Below, in pieces: positions 8,541 through 15,344 of a stretch of DNA of 64,000 nucleotides. This DNA is from a virus. Taxonomy: Duplodnaviria; Caudoviricetes. Where the stretch lies: IMG/VR virus record IMGVR_UViG_3300011577_000001; one strand, given 5' to 3'. Below the pieces are notes generated by a model. The model ran no database searches. It worked only from the letters and a program-made list of their open reading frames with translations, and was not told the DNA's origin. Within the stretch, counting starts at the first letter, position 1, and each line of letters begins with the position of its first letter. Made by a program: the position numbers and the translations under genes.

Positions 8541-9230
8541 ATGGGGACTATTATGTACCAGGTAACCGATCGTAGTGCGATCAAGAAGACGCAACAGAAG
8601 CTTAAGGACCTCGGCTTCTATGAAGGTAAAGTAGACGGGATTTGGGGTCCCCTGTCACAAGCGGCTTTAGAAGCCTCGCGAGGTGAGAAAGTGGTTAGCC
8701 CTACCTTCGACACTACCCGGATTATCTGGGGTAAGAAAGTGTCCAAAGAGTTCATCCTGAAAGTACGTATGATCGCCCAGAAGCTGTTGATGCCTTCCGA
8801 AGGCTCCAACTGGCTGATGGCGTGCATGGCTTTCGAAACGGGTGAGACGTTCTCCCCGACCATCAAGAATGGTGCTGGTGCTCCGTACTACGGTTTGATC
8901 CAGTTCGGTGACGCTGCTGCCAAAGACGCCGGTACTACCGTTCCTGCGTTGCTCAAGATGACCGCCGAGGAACAGCTTGACTACGTGTACAACTTCTTCA
9001 AGCCGTACGCGGGCAAACTGAATACCCTGAGCGATTGCTACATGAGAATACTCTGGCCTGCCGCTGTCGGCAAACCAGAAGACTTTGTAGTGTTCGATCA
9101 GAAAGTGCGTCCAACGGCGTACGTTCAGAACAAAGGTCTGGACATCAACAAAGACGGTAAAGTCACCAAGGCTGAATGTGCAGCCAAGGTCCAACAGAAA
9201 TACGAACGTGGGCAGCAGTTCATCCTTTAA
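8541..9230 (+). CDS. Modular endolysin: N-terminal peptidoglycan-binding domain plus lysozyme/lytic transglycosylase-like domain
   Basis: QQKLKDLGFYEGKVDGIWGPLSQAAL (PG_binding_1 pattern); AFETG..YGLIQF catalytic-type motif; position matches the phiKZ gp144 region. Confidence 0.85.
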   Translation: MGTIMYQVTDRSAIKKTQQKLKDLGFYEGKVDGIWGPLSQAALEASRGEKVVSPTFDTTRIIWGKKVSKEFILKVRMIAQKLLMPSEGSNWLMACMAFETGETFSPTIKNGAGAPYYGLIQFGDAAAKDAGTTVPALLKMTAEEQLDYVYNFFKPYAGKLNTLSDCYMRILWPAAVGKPEDFVVFDQKVRPTAYVQNKGLDINKDGKVTKAECAAKVQQKYERGQQFIL

Positions 9231-9239
9231 GGAAATGTC

Positions 9240-10796
9240 ATGGGTGCATTAGCGAGTTACTTCCCTTCTATGGAAGCGGAATTGCAAGACCCCGAGGACT
9301 TCCTGGGTGCTGGTGCGTTGGTCGAAGATCGTGTAGCTTCGGAGCGTGCTGACAATGACGTTCAAGAACTGACTGAAATTCACGCGTCCTTAGAAGCTTT
9401 GTCGGCCTCGATGGAAGCTGACCTTAAAGCAGATCCTTTCACTCCAGTGTTCATTAACCATGCGCTGGATGCAGTGGGTCGTCGTACTGGCCTGCGCCTA
9501 CCTACCGCTTCATTGGAAGACGCTACAGTCTCCATGGAAGGTTTGGGTGGAGCAATCAAGGCCATCTGGGACGCAATCGTTAAAGCCGTTAAGGCTGCGG
9601 TTGCTGCGGTTGCCAACTTCTTCCGACGGATCTTTGAACTGGTCGCTGGTAAGAAGAAGCGCATCGAAGTCAACTTCGAGAAAGCTAAGAAGGCAGGCGA
9701 TGTCACTCCTTCAAAGCTGGCCGACACCAACAACTTGAGCAAGTTGGCTGATGCTGATGTCCAAGCCATCGCCAAGAAGCTCAAGAAGCCAGAGCTGGCT
9801 AAGTGTCGTAAAGACCAACTCGTTGCGTTAACTGCGGCTGCCGCTACTGTTGTCGATCGCGCCAACATCTTGGACGGTCACGACACTATCGTCAAAGAAG
9901 AAGTCGTTTACAAGAACGAAAGCTTCACCGTAGTGCGTCGTGAGGATGTCAAGCGAGCCAAGTACGTTAAGCTGTGTCAAGCGGGGAATGACTTCATCTC
10001 GCATGCAAGCTTGGCTAAAGTGTCTCTGCGTAAGCTCCAAGACAACCGTTGCGAGATCAACATCACCGACCTGACTGAGCTGGTATGGGAAACTCTCTAC
10101 CGTGGGAAGATGTCGCGTGAAGCGGGCGCTGAGATCGCTAAGTTGGTGGTTAGCGTTTCCAAGTGGGCGGTCGAAGGTCTCAAGCCGTACTTCGAGAATG
10201 GAGGTAAACGACTGGAGGAGTGGGAGGGTAACGCCGAACATGACTTCAATAACCAACTGTTCTTACAGATGGAAGCCTTCCATACCCAGTTCCGTAAATT
10301 CCGTAGCGAAGATGGTCGCATTCCTGCTGGTCGTCGTGTTCGTACTTTCGGTCCTGGTAAAGATATCTCGATGGTCTACGCTGGACGTGATGACCGACCT
10401 TCGTTGAGCGAGTTCACTGAACACGATGTGGTCATGGAACTGCCGACATTCAGTAGCGCTAAGAAAGCCTCTGACGGTGTGACTTCCTTGTTGGTGCTGA
10501 ACACGCAGAAGAACCTGCTGGTCGATATCAACAATGGTTTCAACCAGGCCATCGATATCTGGGATAAAGCGCTTGAGTGGCTGTCAACCCAGAAGTTGGG
10601 CAATCAGTACACGTTCGTGTCTCAGTACTTCACGTTCTACACCAATGTGATCGTGACCCACACCCAAAACTACTTCAACGCTTTCATGCGCTCGCAGTTG
10701 GCAATGGAAGGGACTGTGGTTGGTTGGGGCGACATGCTCTCTGGTGCGATGGCCCGCTTGGCTGATGCTAAGAACCTCGTAGAAGAGTTCGCCTAA
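9240..10796 (+). CDS. Virion head (inner-body-type) protein with propeptide
   Basis: Acidic N-terminus with several S-[LM]-E prohead-protease-type sites, then EGLGGAIKAIWDAIVKAVKAAVAAVANFF helix typical of phiKZ head paralog families. Confidence 0.7.
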   Translation: MGALASYFPSMEAELQDPEDFLGAGALVEDRVASERADNDVQELTEIHASLEALSASMEADLKADPFTPVFINHALDAVGRRTGLRLPTASLEDATVSMEGLGGAIKAIWDAIVKAVKAAVAAVANFFRRIFELVAGKKKRIEVNFEKAKKAGDVTPSKLADTNNLSKLADADVQAIAKKLKKPELAKCRKDQLVALTAAAATVVDRANILDGHDTIVKEEVVYKNESFTVVRREDVKRAKYVKLCQAGNDFISHASLAKVSLRKLQDNRCEINITDLTELVWETLYRGKMSREAGAEIAKLVVSVSKWAVEGLKPYFENGGKRLEEWEGNAEHDFNNQLFLQMEAFHTQFRKFRSEDGRIPAGRRVRTFGPGKDISMVYAGRDDRPSLSEFTEHDVVMELPTFSSAKKASDGVTSLLVLNTQKNLLVDINNGFNQAIDIWDKALEWLSTQKLGNQYTFVSQYFTFYTNVIVTHTQNYFNAFMRSQLAMEGTVVGWGDMLSGAMARLADAKNLVEEFA

Positions 10797-10801
10797 CAGG
10801 C

Positions 10802-10838
10802 GGCATAAGGGGAGGGCCGAAGCCCTCCCGTTTATGCC
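10802..10838. terminator. Bidirectional terminator between convergent genes
   Basis: GGCATAA-GGGGAGGGC-CGAA-GCCCTCCC-GTTTATGCC. Confidence 0.8.
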
Positions 10839-11242
10839 CCGTTCATACCGAGCAACAGCTTGACAAATTCCCAGCCAGTCTGTAACACGCTATCTAAGGT
10901 CTCCTTGTCCCAAGTCCCAAGTTCGGTATCCCAGCTTGCGAGCACACCAATCACCACCATAGCCAACCCACCCACGACACCAACGGTCTTGAGCACGTTC
11001 ACCCCACGGGATGAGCTTGATTCGACGCCTTCTAAGTTACCGATGTCCATCGTGAGAATAGCGATCTGGACAGAGTCTTCCATCGCTACAATCTTTTCCA
11101 TGACCCCGGAACCGGTGTCAGTCAAAGCAACTTTCTTGTCAGCGGGGAGATGGAAGTTGCAGATCTGCGCAACCATACTACCCCACGAATAGGTACCAAG
11201 AGTTTGGTTACCGATGGTACCCAGAGCACCTCCGATGTTCAT
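10832..11242 (-). CDS. Membrane protein downstream of the spanins (holin/antiholin candidate)
   Basis: One hydrophobic segment VGVVGGLAMVVIGVLASW; ATGA overlap with the o-spanin stop; function inferred from context only. Confidence 0.45.
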   Translation of the reverse strand: MNIGGALGTIGNQTLGTYSWGSMVAQICNFHLPADKKVALTDTGSGVMEKIVAMEDSVQIAILTMDIGNLEGVESSSSRGVNVLKTVGVVGGLAMVVIGVLASWDTELGTWDKETLDSVLQTGWEFVKLLLGMNGA

Positions 11243-11598
11243 TTCGCTTTCCCCTTCTTAGCGATGCGTGCTTTCGTGTCGGCGATCCACTGATTCAGGT
11301 CTCTGGTACGGATGTTACATGAATTGACATTAGCTGTCTGAACCATGTACAGTAGCCCTAATACTTTCAACCGTTCTTCAACCGATAGCTTCAAGAAAGC
11401 TTCCTTGGAAGGAGGAGGCGCGACTGAACTTAAAACCAACAGCTCACTTGGTGGATTTGGGAACGTTTCCCGTACCTCGTACACCGTTACGGTACGAGTC
11501 CCACATGCCGTCAATGACGACATTAGAAACGCTATCCACAACACCCGGCAAGCCAAGGGTTCCAACAGGCGCTTCTTGAAGCAGAGTGGTAACTTCAT
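11239..11598 (-). CDS. o-spanin (Rz1-like outer-membrane lipoprotein)
   Basis: Lipobox SSLTAC, Pro-rich PNPPSELL..APPP; overlaps the i-spanin 3' end in another frame; exact start uncertain. Confidence 0.7.
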   Translation of the reverse strand: MKLPLCFKKRLLEPLACRVLWIAFLMSSLTACGTRTVTVYEVRETFPNPPSELLVLSSVAPPPSKEAFLKLSVEERLKVLGLLYMVQTANVNSCNIRTRDLNQWIADTKARIAKKGKAK

Positions 11599-11881
11599 GT
11601 TGCACCTTTTCTCTTGCGACCGCCTGCGCCACGTCTTGCTCTCCCTGAGCTTTACCGTGATCACTTGCGGCCTTGGTATCGATCTGAGTTTGCTCCTTCA
11701 AACCCTCGACCTCACCTTCCAGCCGCTCCCGAGTCTGCTTAAGTTCTTTGACCTCTTTACGGGCCTCGGAAAGGTTTTTCTCCGTATTGGAATGTTTCCA
11801 ATACAGTCCACCTAAAACTATAGCAACCAGAAGCGTTTGGAGGATGTACTTCTTAAACACTTCACCGATAATCGTCAGCAT
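11444..11881 (-). CDS. i-spanin (Rz-like inner-membrane coiled-coil protein)
   Basis: N-terminal TM (ILQTLLVAIVLGGLYW) then coiled coil; ATG at 11881 coupled to the RuvC stop. Confidence 0.7.
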   Translation of the reverse strand: MLTIIGEVFKKYILQTLLVAIVLGGLYWKHSNTEKNLSEARKEVKELKQTRERLEGEVEGLKEQTQIDTKAASDHGKAQGEQDVAQAVAREKVQHEVTTLLQEAPVGTLGLPGVVDSVSNVVIDGMWDSYRNGVRGTGNVPKSTK

Positions 11882-12471
11882 AGCACTCCACCCCCACGTA
11901 ACCAATTGATCAACGCAAGGATCTTGTAGTACCCAACCGCGATAGCGTCAGTGGAGTGTTCATCCAGATCTTCGATTCTCTTCCCTGATTCATTACGGTA
12001 GTTGGGCAATCGCAAGATCCCTTGCTGCACCTCTACTTTGTTCTTACTTTTACCAGGTACCCCGACCGCAATCTTGGCAGAGGGAGGGTCAACTGTATCG
12101 AGGGGCATGTTGATGTCGTAGTTCAAGAGTGCTCGGCGTATGAACACCTTGCACTCCACCAACGCCTCGAAGGCCTGAGGGAACCGTCCCAAGAAAGGAG
12201 ATTCGCAAATCACGCCGTGTGGACACCAAAAACGGAACCAGTTAATCAGTTCCATTTCGTGGGAATGTAGCTTAGCCCAGCGGGGACCGTGAGTGTCGAT
12301 GACATCAGGGTACATCCGACTGTTCTTTTCACCACGAAGGGTGTTTGCATCGCGCAGGATGACCTCCCCGGTGAAGAGGTCCAGATCCTGCACAGCAGTA
12401 CCCAGGGTATCGGTCCCTGGGTCAATCGAGTTTACCCGATAGTATCGGCTCTGCTCTGGGATAAACAACAT
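11875..12471 (-). CDS. ruvC: RuvC-like Holliday junction resolvase
   Basis: SIDPGT, ICESPF, K..V.., DEHSTDAIAVG catalytic motifs. Confidence 0.85.
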   Translation of the reverse strand: MLFIPEQSRYYRVNSIDPGTDTLGTAVQDLDLFTGEVILRDANTLRGEKNSRMYPDVIDTHGPRWAKLHSHEMELINWFRFWCPHGVICESPFLGRFPQAFEALVECKVFIRRALLNYDINMPLDTVDPPSAKIAVGVPGKSKNKVEVQQGILRLPNYRNESGKRIEDLDEHSTDAIAVGYYKILALINWLRGGGVLC

Positions 12472-12476
12472 AACCG

Positions 12477-13343
12477 TTAACCGTTATTGGCACTCACGTA
12501 GTTGGAGTCCGACAGCAGAGGCTCGGTAGCACCCAGTTCGATGTCCTGAGTGAAGCCTTTGTTGGTGAACGCCACGGAGTGGTGGGTGGTGATGAAGCTG
12601 GCGATCTGGGCACAGATCACTTCCTTCATGTTGAAGGTGGTGTTACCCGGACCTTGTACCTGTGCGTTTCTATCTACACCAGATACCATACCGATTTCAG
12701 AAATTACGGCGTAGGCTTCGTTGTCGTAGAGGATGCGGCAGGCGTTGATCAGTTCCAGCACGTCCTCGGCAGTAAACACGAGGGTGAGGATCTGGGAGGT
12801 CGACAGGTAGTCGCCGGAGGTGGTGATCACACCGGTGTTCGACATGGCTGGCGGCTGTGGGTTCAGGTTCGCCAGAGTCGGTACGTAGTCTTCGGTTTCC
12901 TTCTGGGAACCGTTGACGATGGTGTGGGTAATCGCTGGCGCAGTGTTCGCCATCGAAATACGCTTGAGGTAGTACGCGAAGTAGTTCACGCCACCGATGT
13001 TGACCAGCTTACGCAGACCGTAACGCTGACGGGCTACTGGGTCGAGGTCGTTGTCTACACGACGCAGAACGAACGGCAGTTGGCGATACAGAGCCGCGTC
13101 CCACGCACGGTGAGGGATCGGACTGGTGTACTGCGCACCATCGGCACCCACCATGTTCTTGTGGCCACCGTTACCAATGCAGTAATACTGCATCGCAGGA
13201 CGCTCAGCATCACCGAGCTTTTCATCAACGAGAATACCATGCTTCTCGTTCAGGGTGCTGTGTTCCAGAATGGTTGGTTTCTGGCCCAGCAGCAAAGAGG
13301 TTTGCAGCGATGAACCCCAGATGCTCCGGGTGATAGTCTTCAT
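12477..13343 (-). CDS. Virion structural protein (phiKZ-like tail/baseplate region)
   Basis: Start moved to MKTITRS because a terminator lies in the longer ORF's 5' part; YYCIGNGGH motif; synteny; strong codon bias. Confidence 0.65.
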   Translation of the reverse strand: MKTITRSIWGSSLQTSLLLGQKPTILEHSTLNEKHGILVDEKLGDAERPAMQYYCIGNGGHKNMVGADGAQYTSPIPHRAWDAALYRQLPFVLRRVDNDLDPVARQRYGLRKLVNIGGVNYFAYYLKRISMANTAPAITHTIVNGSQKETEDYVPTLANLNPQPPAMSNTGVITTSGDYLSTSQILTLVFTAEDVLELINACRILYDNEAYAVISEIGMVSGVDRNAQVQGPGNTTFNMKEVICAQIASFITTHHSVAFTNKGFTQDIELGATEPLLSDSNYVSANNG

Positions 13344-13403
13344 AGATGTGTTCCTGTGGATAGTTGCTAGACCAAGCGTACGTAAGCCAATACACAATAT
13401 ACG

Positions 13404-13432
13404 GCGGCATAGAGGGAGCCGAAGCCCCCTCG
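13404..13432 (-). terminator. Intrinsic terminator
   Basis: On - strand: GAGGGGGC-TTCG-GCTCCCTC followed by TATGCCG. Confidence 0.7.
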
Positions 13433-13437
13433 ACACT

Positions 13438-14010
13438 TTAAGCATCCATCAGGGTGACGTTACCCACGTTGCGAGTCGCAGCGAGGTAATCCAACTGACC
13501 ACCATTCGGGTCTACGATCTTGATGAAGAAGCTACCACCACTGGACGACTTCGGCAGGAACCGAGGTGAGTTGTTGGCAATCTTCAACTCCAACACACCG
13601 GCTACAGTCATCGCTTCGTTAAACGCAGTGGCGTCAGTTACAGCACCACCGGTAGTTGGGTGCAGGACGTCCTGTGCTTCGACTACAAGGCCGTACTGGT
13701 TCTTCATGTACGTCGCCATGGTAGCGAACGTGAACGGGTAAGCAGTGGTGAATGGGAACTCCACATAGCCTGCCAACAGGGTCGTCACGTTAGCCCGTTT
13801 CCACGTCACAGGAACCGTTCCTTTATAGCGTCCTGGAACGCCAGAGGTCGCAGTCACACGAGCAGTCATCGTACACGTCACTGACTGTCCGTTACCGGTG
13901 TAAGCCAAGTCCAGATGCGCAACGTCCAGATAGTGGTCGTTGTAATCCTGGAACAGTTTCACCAGCACGTCACTGCCAGTGCTCTTCAAAACTTCACTGA
14001 GTTCTAACAC
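13438..14010 (-). CDS. Putative tail tip/baseplate-associated protein
   Basis: N-terminal domain resembles that of 14022..15284 (Y.G...V.W.R vs F.G...F.Y.R); synteny. Confidence 0.55.
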   Translation of the reverse strand: MLELSEVLKSTGSDVLVKLFQDYNDHYLDVAHLDLAYTGNGQSVTCTMTARVTATSGVPGRYKGTVPVTWKRANVTTLLAGYVEFPFTTAYPFTFATMATYMKNQYGLVVEAQDVLHPTTGGAVTDATAFNEAMTVAGVLELKIANNSPRFLPKSSSGGSFFIKIVDPNGGQLDYLAATRNVGNVTLMDA

Positions 14011-14021
14011 CGCAGTGCTCC

Positions 14022-15284
14022 TTAAGTCAGTTTGCTCAGGTTGTAGTGAATCATCAGACTACCCCTGAGGTTGGTGCAATATTGGTCGTTGAGTTCAATC
14101 ACGGCGATGTAACCCATGAACATGTTGTACGCCTGATTGTACTTACGGTTGAACCCGTTGAAGATCACTTTCGCCCCATACAGGTTATTCTTCGACGCAC
14201 GGTTCACACACTTCCAGCGGTTCTCACCAGTTGCATCCTCGTTGTTGAGGATGAAGTTGATGAAGTCCACGTCGGTGTTGTTGGCAGTGAATTCGTAGTC
14301 AGTTGGGAACGCGGTGATCTGCGTTGGGTAATTGTGACCGTGGTACTGGCCTCCGTTAAGGAGTTCAGGCGGCGACTTAAACGTGATTGGGAACTCAGGC
14401 AGAATCTTACCCAAGCGAGAACTGTAGTAGATGACCAAATCACCCGCCACATCCGTACAGTAGTGAGACGACAGCTCAATGATCAGAGCTTTCGTAGCAG
14501 CACTGTTGTATGGTACCAACCCGATGTTCTCTACCCGACCGTTGTACTTGATAGTGGCACCAAACAGGTTACGAGGACCTGGAGTGTTCTGGTACTTCCA
14601 CGTGGTTTGTACGCCAATTGGAAGATCACCGTAGATCACATCCAGATACTTGGCCAACGTCACCGCATCAGACACGGGTCCTTTGCGAATGTCGTTCAGG
14701 TAAACGCCGTAGGAGAGCCCATCAGTGAACGGTTTGCGATGGGTAACAAACGGACGTCCTTGGTTTTCCACAACGTCGATCCCACCCAAGTCGGTGGTCT
14801 TGGCCAGTGATTCCAGAGAGTCGCGCGGTAACAGGTTAACTGTCAGTTCCCCAACCCAACGTTTGGATCGTGGAGTAGCACGTAGGACGTAACCGTGGGC
14901 ATTGGCAACCGTGATAACCTCTTCGTAGAAGTCGTCACTGTCAAACACGTAACCGTATTCAGCGGTCAGAATGTCCACCAAATATGAAGTGGTGGTCGGT
15001 AAGTCCAACGTCAGGTTGATCTTCACACCCTCGAAGAAAGTGCCTAAGTCCAACCGGTTATAGATGAAGATACTTTGACCCTCGAACGGTACCGGAGCAA
15101 ATGGATCAAAGCTCTTGCGTACCTTAAGCGTTACCTGAGTCTGTCGCCCCGTCAGCGCTACAATGTCGGTGATCTGAATGATGTCCTCACGAAGAGTCAC
15201 ATTGTTGCGAGCACCAGCAATCTCAAGTAAAGCCTTCGTAGGAGTCAGTTTAAGAAGACCGATCGTGTCTAGCACTGTCCTCAC
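14022..15284 (-). CDS. Putative tail tip/fibre-associated virion protein with duplicated C-terminal domain
   Basis: Two copies of WK..N...NL[FY]GA..[YF]NG..IEL...YCT...G.L.I.Y; synteny with phiKZ gp130-like region. Confidence 0.6.
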   Translation of the reverse strand: MRTVLDTIGLLKLTPTKALLEIAGARNNVTLREDIIQITDIVALTGRQTQVTLKVRKSFDPFAPVPFEGQSIFIYNRLDLGTFFEGVKINLTLDLPTTTSYLVDILTAEYGYVFDSDDFYEEVITVANAHGYVLRATPRSKRWVGELTVNLLPRDSLESLAKTTDLGGIDVVENQGRPFVTHRKPFTDGLSYGVYLNDIRKGPVSDAVTLAKYLDVIYGDLPIGVQTTWKYQNTPGPRNLFGATIKYNGRVENIGLVPYNSAATKALIIELSSHYCTDVAGDLVIYYSSRLGKILPEFPITFKSPPELLNGGQYHGHNYPTQITAFPTDYEFTANNTDVDFINFILNNEDATGENRWKCVNRASKNNLYGAKVIFNGFNRKYNQAYNMFMGYIAVIELNDQYCTNLRGSLMIHYNLSKLT

Positions 15285-15295
15285 TCCTTACAAGC

Positions 15296-15338
15296 AAAAA
15301 AAGAAAGACTCACACCCCCCCGAAAGAATGTGTGAGTC
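15296..15338 (-). terminator. Intrinsic terminator
   Basis: GACTCACAC..GTGTGAGTC stem; A-run on the + strand gives the U-tract on the - strand. Confidence 0.7.
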
Positions 15339-15344
15339 CATGGG

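Noticed and set aside
13344-13445. Longer N-terminus for the 12477 gene as given in the ORF track
   Set aside because: It spans a terminator hairpin; ATG at 13343 has an AGGA RBS.
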